Positions 50,867 through 58,578 of a stretch of DNA of 64,000 bases are shown in pieces (positions within the stretch are counted from its first letter, which is position 1; the number at the start of each line of letters is the position of its first letter). This DNA comes from Patescibacteria group bacterium (GTDB lineage Bacteria; Patescibacteriota; Patescibacteriia; UBA1558; UBA10009): contig JAHITV010000018.1 in assembly GCA_018817315.1 (NCBI GenBank), positions 12,012 to 76,011 of the forward strand, in the 5' to 3' direction. The translations under genes and the position numbers were made by a program. The notes beneath the pieces were generated by a model. It did no database searches and was not told the DNA's origin. It saw nothing but the letters and a program-made list of their open reading frames with translations.

Positions 50867-52336
50867 ATGTCTAAGATTAATTGGATCCAAGTAACCAAAA
50901 GCGGAAAACTTCCTTTATTTTTAATGTGTACTATCCCTTATGCTTATAAGGAAGGATATCTGGGAAAAGTTTTAAAAGCTGATTTTAAAATTCATTATTA
51001 TCGTAGGATTTTAGGAGCATCTTATTTTGCTAAAAAAGAATGGGATGATTATTTAAAATTGATTAAAATTAAAGAGAACAATAATCCAGGTTATTTACTG
51101 AAAATAGGAACAGAGTTTGAAAAAAGAATTAAAGAGATTATTCTTTTCTGTAAAAAATATAATAATCGTGATTTTTCTAAAGTAAAGTTGCAGGAGCTCA
51201 AAAAGATTTATGATCAGTTTATTGATTTAAAAAAACAATGGCTTACTCCTGATTACACTTATTATGTAATAGATCGCTATTTACCAGAAATTCTTACTAT
51301 AGAAATTTCTAAAAAGCTGAAAAATAAAGAAAGGTTTAATGAAATTATTGAAGTCCTTACTAGTCTTGATCGTTCAACCCTGATCAGAGAGGAAAAAGTC
51401 CGGTTATTAAAATTAGCTGATTTAATAAAGAAAAAGAAATTCTCTTTTAAAAGTAAAAAGATCCAGAAACTAATTAAAAATCATATAGAAAAATTCGGTT
51501 TTCTTAATTATTATTTTTATTATTATAAACCTTATACTGCGATTCAGTTAGAAAAAAGAATTAAGGAAATTTTAGGTAAAAATATTAAGGCAGAAATCAA
51601 AAAAGTTGCAGCACAAGAGAAAAACAAAGAATTAACTCAAAAAATAATTCAAGAGCTTAATTTATCTAAAAAAACGCGGCTTATTATTAAAACTTTAAAA
51701 CAATGGGGATATTGTCTTAATTATCTTGATGAAGCTGGTTGTTTGATTAATCATTACTTTAAAAATTTTCTTTTAGAATTAGCTAAAAGGATGAAGATAA
51801 GTTATGCTATGTTAGTGGAGATGAATTTTGAAGAAATTGATGACTTTTTTAAAAAAGGAGAAATTTCTCCTCAACTGAAAATAAAATTAAAAGAAAGGAT
51901 AAAAAGCTGGGGATTGATTTGGAGCGGCGGAAAATTAAATATTTATTCAGGCAAGGAGTTAGCGAAATTGGAAAAAAGCGAAGTAAAGCAAAAAAAAACT
52001 CAAACAAAACAGGTCAAATTAATAAAAGGAGTTAATGCCTCCTCTGGAGTGGTAAAAGGGAAGATTCGGCTTTTGGAAAGTCATTGTGACATTTTTAAGA
52101 TGAAAAAAGGCGAAATTTTAGTAACTTCCAAAACCAATCCTAAATTTGTTCCTGCTATGGAAAAAGCTTTAGCTATTATTACTGATGAAGGCGGTTTACT
52201 TTCTCATGCGGCAGTTGTTTCCCGGGAATTAAAAATTCCTTGCATTACCGGTACTAAAATCGCCACTAAAATGCTCAAAAACGGAGATCAAGTGGAAGTA
52301 GATGCGGATAAGGGTATAGTTAAAAAAATAAAATAA
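50867..52336 (+). CDS. Array paralogue 9 (N-domain + His swivel)
   Basis: TDEGGLLSHAAVVSRELKIPCITGT; start ATG 50867 (MSKINWIQ). Confidence 0.9.
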   Translation: MSKINWIQVTKSGKLPLFLMCTIPYAYKEGYLGKVLKADFKIHYYRRILGASYFAKKEWDDYLKLIKIKENNNPGYLLKIGTEFEKRIKEIILFCKKYNNRDFSKVKLQELKKIYDQFIDLKKQWLTPDYTYYVIDRYLPEILTIEISKKLKNKERFNEIIEVLTSLDRSTLIREEKVRLLKLADLIKKKKFSFKSKKIQKLIKNHIEKFGFLNYYFYYYKPYTAIQLEKRIKEILGKNIKAEIKKVAAQEKNKELTQKIIQELNLSKKTRLIIKTLKQWGYCLNYLDEAGCLINHYFKNFLLELAKRMKISYAMLVEMNFEEIDDFFKKGEISPQLKIKLKERIKSWGLIWSGGKLNIYSGKELAKLEKSEVKQKKTQTKQVKLIKGVNASSGVVKGKIRLLESHCDIFKMKKGEILVTSKTNPKFVPAMEKALAIITDEGGLLSHAAVVSRELKIPCITGTKIATKMLKNGDQVEVDADKGIVKKIK

Positions 52337-52338
52337 TT

Positions 52339-53745
52339 ATGTGGATAAAAAAATATACTCGTCCATCAAATGTTCAATATGATGAGCTGATCAGGGGCAG
52401 TGGTTTATTTCAGATACCTCTTCTTGTTTCAGTGATTAAGAGTTGTTTGGGTTTTCCGGTTGGCAAAGGTTTTTTGGAATTTTATATTCAAGAAAATGAA
52501 TGGGATAATCTAATGGAAAAAATGTCTAAGAAGATGTTGCGAGGACGGAATTTTTATCAAAGGTATGTTCAAGATTATCGCCAAGTTAGCAAACAATATT
52601 ATAAATCAGCTTTGCCTTTTAAAAAAGACTTAACCAAATTATCTAACAGGCAATTATTTAATCTTTATCAAAATTTTGTTAAATCAACTAGAGCAATGTG
52701 CTGGTTTTTTTATTCGGTTTGGGCAATTAATGAAGTCATTGAACCGGCATTCAAGAAAAAGATAATTAAAAAGTTTGGCGCTAAAGCTAAAAAGATTCTT
52801 TTAGCCATTAATTCCTTAACCCAAACCATCAGATTTGATCAACAACTAAAAGAGCTGTTAATTCTTAAAGATAAGGGCAATATTAATCAAAAAACATTAC
52901 AGGCCCATGTTCAGAAATGGGGTTATTTAAAAGTCTACGCGCCTCATCATCAACCTTTCAAAAGCGCTGATTTTCTTAAGATGATTAAAGGTGTTAAACC
53001 AAAAAAGCAACTCAAGGAAATAATAAAAGGATTAAAAGAAAATCAGAAGCAATATCAACAAGCTTTACAATTATTAAAGATCAATGAGGGATTATTTAAT
53101 CTAGCGCGCCTGATAAATTTGAATATTTATTTAAGAAACGAAAGGATGGATTTATATCGTGAAGTGACGATGTTAGTCAAGCCCTTTTATCAGGAATTAG
53201 ATCGGCGTTTGGGTTTGGCCAATTACCAGTCATCCTTTTTAACCATTGATGAGATAAATCAATTTCTGTTAAAAAATAAAAAACCAAATTTTCGTGAAAT
53301 TAAAGAGCGCGCTAAAATAAAATATGCCTGGTATTGTCAAGGTAAAACCAGAAGGTTAATTTTAAATCAAGCTGAAATCAAAAAATTATATAAAAAGAAA
53401 CTTGGTTCAAAGGAAAAATATTACGAATTAAACGGCATGGTTGCTTATCCGGCCGGTAAAGTTAGAGGCAGAGTCAGGATTGTTATTTCGGTCCATGATG
53501 AATTAAAATTTTGTCCCAAAGAAATTTTGGTTACTCCCATGACTCGTCCTGAATACACTAATATTATGAAAAAAGCTGCGGCTATAGTGACTGATGAGGG
53601 TGGCGTGACCTGTCATGCCGCAGTTCTTTCTCGCGAGTTAAAAATACCTTGTGTGATTGGCACAAAAATCGCCACCAAAGTTCTTAAAGATGGTGATATG
53701 GTAGAAGTTGATGCCAATAAGGGAATTATTAAAAAGTTAAAGTAG
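52339..53745 (+). CDS. Array paralogue 10 (N-domain + His swivel)
   Basis: TDEGGVTCHAAVLSRELKIPCVIGT. Confidence 0.9.
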   Translation: MWIKKYTRPSNVQYDELIRGSGLFQIPLLVSVIKSCLGFPVGKGFLEFYIQENEWDNLMEKMSKKMLRGRNFYQRYVQDYRQVSKQYYKSALPFKKDLTKLSNRQLFNLYQNFVKSTRAMCWFFYSVWAINEVIEPAFKKKIIKKFGAKAKKILLAINSLTQTIRFDQQLKELLILKDKGNINQKTLQAHVQKWGYLKVYAPHHQPFKSADFLKMIKGVKPKKQLKEIIKGLKENQKQYQQALQLLKINEGLFNLARLINLNIYLRNERMDLYREVTMLVKPFYQELDRRLGLANYQSSFLTIDEINQFLLKNKKPNFREIKERAKIKYAWYCQGKTRRLILNQAEIKKLYKKKLGSKEKYYELNGMVAYPAGKVRGRVRIVISVHDELKFCPKEILVTPMTRPEYTNIMKKAAAIVTDEGGVTCHAAVLSRELKIPCVIGTKIATKVLKDGDMVEVDANKGIIKKLK

Positions 53746-53759
53746 TATAAGTATAATCT

Positions 53760-53906
53760 AAGCTTTGGTCGCTTACTTTGTCATTCTGAATCCCGTCAAG
53801 TCAGAGCTGGCGGGATGAAGAATCTAATAGGTACATAATTTTAAAAGATTCTTTCGTCGCTCAGTCTGACTGAACTCCTCAGAATGACAATGTGCGACCA
53901 AAGCTT
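53760..53906. repeat. REP/MITE-like composite palindrome
   Basis: AAGCTTTGGTCGC..TTGTCATTCTGA..GAATCT / AGATTC..TCAGAATGACAA..GCGACCAAAGCTT. Confidence 0.75.
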
Positions 53907-53951
53907 ATCGATTAATTAAATAATAACCAAGAGAGGTAGATTAAAGATTTT

Positions 53952-54452
53952 ATGTTGGATAATATTTTGAAAGATATTTCAGCGAATATTAAAGATATAT
54001 GGATTAATATTATTATTTTTGTTTTTTTAATCCCATCTTTTATTTGGTGTTTAAAGTGGATATATAGAAAGTGTAAGCCATTAAAGATTAGTCCTAGTAG
54101 CAGAAAAATATTAACTTCGAAAGATGGAGATAATTATAGTGAAGAATTTTTTATTTATTTAATAAACCATACACAAAGAACTTACTATGATATAAGTATT
54201 ATTTCAAAGTTTCCAAAAGGTATTGTTTTGAGTACTTATCCTGAGCCAGCTACTCATGGAGATTGTGGAATTAGTTGTGAAGGTTCTGATCAGGTTATAA
54301 TTAACAATATTAGGGCTAAAGGACAGGTAAAAATAAAAGTAAATGTTGATAAGAACAAATATAATAAAAATTTTATCTTAAAATTTAAAATAACCAACTT
54401 TAGCAAAACTGCCAAGTCAGTTTATAGGGGTACAAGAAGACAAATAAGATAA
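53952..54452 (+). CDS. Hypothetical single-TM protein, very AT-rich
   Basis: 166-aa ORF with N-terminal TM, flanked by related repeats. Confidence 0.6.
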   Translation: MLDNILKDISANIKDIWINIIIFVFLIPSFIWCLKWIYRKCKPLKISPSSRKILTSKDGDNYSEEFFIYLINHTQRTYYDISIISKFPKGIVLSTYPEPATHGDCGISCEGSDQVIINNIRAKGQVKIKVNVDKNKYNKNFILKFKITNFSKTAKSVYRGTRRQIR

Positions 54453-54468
54453 TAACATAGATACTATA

Positions 54469-54508
54469 CTTTGGTCGCTTACTCTGTCATAACAATGTGT
54501 GACCAAAG
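54469..54508. repeat. Internally deleted copy of the 53760 element
   Basis: CTTTGGTCGCTTACTCTGTCAT-AACAATGTGTGACCAAAG retains both ends of the longer copy. Confidence 0.8.
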
Positions 54509-54525
54509 ATTATTAATCAATTGAA

Positions 54526-55143
54526 ATGACTAAGAAAAATAAAATTAAATTGATTATTTTTGATTGTTATGGTTTGGTTTTAAACGAAGGTTTTCCTAAT
54601 ACTGCCAAAGCTTTGACTAAAAAATTCGGAGGCAAGTATCAGGACTATTATAAGGTGATGTATAAAAAATATTTTAATTTAGCAGCAGAAAGAAAAGTAT
54701 CTCAAAAGCAAGCGTGGTTTAAAACAGTAGAACGTTTTAATCTTCCTTTAACTTGGCAGGAATTAAGAGATTTACATTATAGCTTAATGAAAGTAGATCA
54801 AAGAGTAATTAACCTAAATCAGCAATTAAACAGCAGGGGTTATAAGACATTACTTTTATCAAAAAACACTCGTAGTCAATTCAGCGATGTTTGTCGAAAA
54901 TTTGGTTTGAAAAATAAATTTAAAAATGTGATTAATACTTGGGAATTGGGATTGCCTAAAGCTAGTCAGGCAACGTTAAAAGTAATTTTGAAAAGATTTA
55001 AAGTTAAGCCCAAAGAGATAATTTATGCTGATGATCAAATGAATAATTTAACGGACGCTAGAAAAATGGGCATTAAAACTATTTTAGTTAAAAATTTTAA
55101 GCAGCTCAAAAAAGAATTGAATAGTCTTTTGATTTCTTCTTAA
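54526..55143 (+). CDS. HAD-superfamily hydrolase
   Basis: IIFDCYGLV, LLSKN, GLPK, YADD..NL..A..MG. Confidence 0.85.
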   Translation: MTKKNKIKLIIFDCYGLVLNEGFPNTAKALTKKFGGKYQDYYKVMYKKYFNLAAERKVSQKQAWFKTVERFNLPLTWQELRDLHYSLMKVDQRVINLNQQLNSRGYKTLLLSKNTRSQFSDVCRKFGLKNKFKNVINTWELGLPKASQATLKVILKRFKVKPKEIIYADDQMNNLTDARKMGIKTILVKNFKQLKKELNSLLISS

Positions 55144-55250
55144 ACTTTATCCAATTGAGCTAGATAGAATCAACTTTTTATATTTGACACTTCGGCTTTT
55201 CGCTATGCTCAAGGCTCAGTGTCAACCCAGCCCCGCTTAGCGGGGCTGGG

Positions 55251-55278
55251 TTGACATAAATAATATTTGTGATAAGAT
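55251..55278 (+). promoter_or_regulatory. Promoter of the tRNA cluster
   Basis: TTGACA-16 bp-TAAGAT with TG extension. The -35 lies in the arm of a 37-bp palindrome (55220-55256). Confidence 0.55.
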
Positions 55279-55312
55279 ATTTTCGTTATTGTTTTTTTGT
55301 GTACTCTTTTCA

Positions 55313-55405
55313 GGCACCGTAGCTCAATCGGTACCTGCCTGCCGGCAGGCAGGGAGCGCTTTCCAGATCGGGAAGAGGTTGCTGGTTCAAGTCCGGTCGG
55401 TGCCT
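55313..55405 (+). tRNA. Aberrant tRNA (anticodon position GAT) with 20-bp palindrome in the D-loop; possibly a pseudogene
   Basis: GGCACCG TA GCTC AATCGGTA [CCTGCCTGCCGGCAGGCAGG] GAGC G CTTTC CAGATCG GGAAG AGGTT GCTGG TTCAAGT CCGGT CGGTGCC T; has A33 instead of U33. Confidence 0.65.
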
Positions 55406-55422
55406 CAATTTACAGTTTAACA

Positions 55423-55496
55423 GGTGCTGTAGCTCAGGTGGTTAGAGCGCCTGTCTGATAAACAGGAGGTCGGAGGTTCGAGTCCTTTCAGCACCA
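55423..55496 (+). tRNA. tRNA-Ile(GAT)
   Basis: GGTGCTG TA GCTC AGGTGGTTA GAGC G CCTGT CT GAT AA ACAGG AGGTC GGAGG TTCGAGT CCTTT CAGCACC A. Confidence 0.9.
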
Positions 55497-55514
55497 CACT
55501 TTACAAATTCAACC

Positions 55515-55588
55515 GGCGGTGTAGCTCAGGTGGTTAGAGCGCCTCCGTGACATGGAAGAGGTCGCGGGTTCGACTCCCGACACCGTCA
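55515..55588 (+). tRNA. tRNA-Val(GAC), with two stem mismatches
   Basis: GGCGGTG TA GCTC AGGTGGTTA GAGC G CCTCC GT GAC AT GGAAG AGGTC GCGGG TTCGACT CCCGA CACCGTC A. Confidence 0.82.
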
Positions 55589-55821
55589 CTATAAAGGCCT
55601 ATGCAATTAGATGGTAGGCTTTTTTCTTTGATTTATTCCCCTTCGCCCTTCGCTACGCTCAGGGCTTTGGGGAATGAAATAGATTAATTAAATACCTCGT
55701 CCAGCTTAGCTGGACGAGATGACAAATGTATTTCATAATAAATATTCTGGTCTAATAATTTTTGTTGTTAAAAATTATTTTTTATGTTATAATTAACTAA
55801 GATTTTTAACTTTTGATTTAT

Positions 55822-56793
55822 ATGAGTAAATATATTTTACCTTTTAGTAAACTGGATAATAAAAGTGTAAAAGTGGCTGGGGGTAAAGGTGCTTCTTTGG
55901 GCGAAATGACTCAAATTAAATTGCCAGTACCGCCAGGGTTTGTGGTTTTGGCTTCAGCTTTTGAGCATTTTATAAAAAATACCAAGCATCTTCACGGTAA
56001 AACCCAAGCTGATTTAAATGTAATGATTGCGGCTGCTTTAGATAAAGTTAATTATAAGGATGTTAATTCTATTGATCGTACCTCAAATGTTATTCGTGAT
56101 TTGATTAATAGATCAAAAGTATTACCAGAGATCAAAAAAGAGATAATTCAGGAGTTTAAAAAGTTTAAAGCTAAATGGGTAGCGGTGCGCTCTTCTGCTA
56201 CTGCTGAAGATTCTAAAATTGCTTCCTGGGCAGGAGAGCTAGACACCTTTTTGTATGTTGATGAAAAGAAATTAGTAGAGACAGTTAAAAAATGTTGGTC
56301 TTCTCTTTTTACGCCTAGGGCGATTTTTTATCGTTTTGAAAAAAAGCTTCTTAAAGTTCCGGTTAGTGTGGCAGTGGTAATTCAGCAAATGGTCAAAAGT
56401 GAAATTTCGGGCGTAGCTTTTAGTGTTCATCCAGTAAGTAAGGACAAAAACCATCTGATTATAGAGGCCGGTTATGGTTTAGGTGAAGCCATTGTTTCTG
56501 GCACCATTACTCCTGATACTTATGTAGTCCAAAAAAAAGAGAATACTATTTTAGATGTTAATATCAGTACTCAACAAAAACAGATTGTGATGAAGACAGG
56601 CGGCGGCAGTATTTTAAAGCCAGTAGCTAAAAGCATGCAGTCCAAACAAAAATTAACCGGTAAGGAGATTATAGAATTAGCACAAATTATTAAGAAAATT
56701 GAAAAACATTATAAATCTCCGCAGGATATTGAATGGGCTTTGGTTAAAGGTAAGTTTTATGTATTACAATCAAGACCAATTACTACTTTATAA
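55822..56793 (+). CDS. Stand-alone PEP-synthase/PPDK N-terminal ATP-grasp domain
   Basis: AGGKGASLGEM, VPPGFV, VAVRSSATAED..SWAG, VAVVIQQMV, GLGEAIVSG, PQDIEW, ending at LQSRPITTL*. No His domain or TIM barrel. Confidence 0.93.
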   Translation: MSKYILPFSKLDNKSVKVAGGKGASLGEMTQIKLPVPPGFVVLASAFEHFIKNTKHLHGKTQADLNVMIAAALDKVNYKDVNSIDRTSNVIRDLINRSKVLPEIKKEIIQEFKKFKAKWVAVRSSATAEDSKIASWAGELDTFLYVDEKKLVETVKKCWSSLFTPRAIFYRFEKKLLKVPVSVAVVIQQMVKSEISGVAFSVHPVSKDKNHLIIEAGYGLGEAIVSGTITPDTYVVQKKENTILDVNISTQQKQIVMKTGGGSILKPVAKSMQSKQKLTGKEIIELAQIIKKIEKHYKSPQDIEWALVKGKFYVLQSRPITTL

Positions 56794-56819
56794 GATGTTT
56801 TTTGTAAAATAAAATTTAC

Positions 56820-57989
56820 ATGGTAGATGATAATTTACAATTAGATGACCTGACAGAAGAAATGATTATTAGGGATGAAGAGGGAAATTATAAAATCCTT
56901 AAAGACGGTAAATTATTGCCTTATCCAGCAAAAATCACACTTTCTCTCCCTCAATCAGCGCTACCCAAAGAAGAAGAAAAAGAAGTCAGTCAGTCAGTTA
57001 TTAAAACTGCTCAAGGTCATCCGGCTCTACAGCCGCCAGTGCCTGCTACTATTAGCAAAAAAGGAGCTGCTTTTTATTTTGCTCCCGAAGATGAAGAAGA
57101 AGTAGCAAAAATAAAATTACCTAAAGATACAATTCCCTCAAAAAAATATTCTTTGGATAAGATCCTAACTAAAGTTATTGTAAATAATGAAATAGAAAAT
57201 TTGTCGGAGGAAATAAAGTCAAGGTTAAAGAATGCTATCTTTTCCTATTTAAGAGATAGAAGGACTTTCGTGGATATGTCGGAGATTTTAAAACGTTCTC
57301 AAAGTAATGGCGGGTTAGAATTTGATCAATTGCTGGCAGAAAAAATAATGAGTTTTTTAAAAGAGGTTAAGGATAAAATTACTCAAGAGAAAGGTTTAGT
57401 TATTAAAGAGGAAATTAGCAAAATTGCTTTAAAAGAGCAATTAGTGCCGCCAGTTAGAAAAGTTCCTCCTGTGGTAGTAGATATTCCTAAGCCAAAAGAG
57501 GTAGAAATTAAAGCAAGGCCACCAAAAATTGAACTAATAAAAAAAGTTGAACCAATAAAAATAAAAAAGCAGGTTAAAGCACTACCAGTTAAACAGCCAG
57601 TCCGTCCTCAACGTGCTGTTAAGGAAGGCAAAGTTGCCATGAGGGATGTTCGTAAAGATTATAAATTAGTTGGGCCGGTAGAAGAGCTAGTTAGTCTTTC
57701 TTTGCAGACTTTGCATAGACTTGCGTCTAAACCCCAGGAACAAGTCCAAAAAATCCTGGAAAAGATTAATCGTTTAGGTGAAGATTCATTGGCAAAAAAA
57801 ACTGCCGGTATTCAGGGTTGGCGACGCAGTCCTTTGTATAAGATGTATTTAGCTATTGGACAGGCCAGCATGGAACATGGAGTTTCAGTAAAAGATATAA
57901 TTAATCAATATCATGCCCAGGGTAAAGATATCTTAACCATGGAAGAATTTGAGACAATTTCTGATATTAATAAAAAATTAAGATTTTAA
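56820..57989 (+). CDS. Hypothetical protein preceding the PrgI/VirB4 cluster
   Basis: Pro/Lys-rich linker; C-terminal 'LVGPVEEL..GWRRSPLYKMY..LTMEEFE'. Confidence 0.7.
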   Translation: MVDDNLQLDDLTEEMIIRDEEGNYKILKDGKLLPYPAKITLSLPQSALPKEEEKEVSQSVIKTAQGHPALQPPVPATISKKGAAFYFAPEDEEEVAKIKLPKDTIPSKKYSLDKILTKVIVNNEIENLSEEIKSRLKNAIFSYLRDRRTFVDMSEILKRSQSNGGLEFDQLLAEKIMSFLKEVKDKITQEKGLVIKEEISKIALKEQLVPPVRKVPPVVVDIPKPKEVEIKARPPKIELIKKVEPIKIKKQVKALPVKQPVRPQRAVKEGKVAMRDVRKDYKLVGPVEELVSLSLQTLHRLASKPQEQVQKILEKINRLGEDSLAKKTAGIQGWRRSPLYKMYLAIGQASMEHGVSVKDIINQYHAQGKDILTMEEFETISDINKKLRF

Positions 57990-57994
57990 TGATT

Positions 57995-58093
57995 TGGTAA
58001 TCAGTAATCAGTAACTAGTAACCATGTTTATTTAGGAGTTTATTATAACTAATCCCTGATTACCGATTACTAATTACTAATTACTGATTACTA
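57995..58093. repeat. Inverted heptamer arrays (GTAATCA)n / (TGATTAC)n
   Basis: ggtaatcagtaatcagtaactagtaacc ... tgattaccgattactaattactaattactgattact. Confidence 0.75.
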
Positions 58094-58100
58094 TAAATTT

Positions 58101-58547
58101 ATGCAACAATTTACCGTGCCACAATTTATTGAAGTAGAAGATAAAATTATCGGACCAATTACTGTACGTCAGTTTATTATTATGATTATTGGTGGTTTAT
58201 TTATGTTTTTAGAATATAAGTTATCTGATTTTGTTTTATTTCTTATCTTAGCCATACCTACTTTTGTTATTTTTGGAACTTTTGCCTTTTTAAAAATAAA
58301 TGGTATGCCTTTTCAATATTTTGTACTTAATGTGGTGGAAACTTTAAAAAAACCAAAGATCAGAGTTTGGTTAAAGGAGATTATTACTCCCACTGTTAAG
58401 AAAAAAAACAAGGAAGAACATCCCATTGAGTCATTACCTATAGAAAAACCATTAACAAAATCAAGAATTTCGGATATATCTTTAATAGTTGATACTGGTG
58501 GTATTTATAAGGGTGAAAGCCCGACGGCATCAGAATTTAAAAAATAA
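58101..58547 (+). CDS. PrgI family (VirB3-like) membrane protein
   Basis: MQQFTVPQFIEVEDKIIGPITVRQF followed by 2 TM segments. Confidence 0.8.
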   Translation: MQQFTVPQFIEVEDKIIGPITVRQFIIMIIGGLFMFLEYKLSDFVLFLILAIPTFVIFGTFAFLKINGMPFQYFVLNVVETLKKPKIRVWLKEIITPTVKKKNKEEHPIESLPIEKPLTKSRISDISLIVDTGGIYKGESPTASEFKK

Positions 58548-58578
58548 TTAAATATTTATTAGTTTGAGCTGATAGATT

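Noticed and set aside
35465-53745. Diversity-generating retroelement as the source of variation
   Set aside because: No reverse transcriptase and no TR/VR pair with adenine-specific differences was seen.
35465-56793. Annotating the array as multiple PEP synthase (ppsA) or PTS enzyme I genes
   Set aside because: No C-terminal PEP/pyruvate TIM barrel in any ORF; the His domain is C-terminal and the ATP-grasp is a separate gene.
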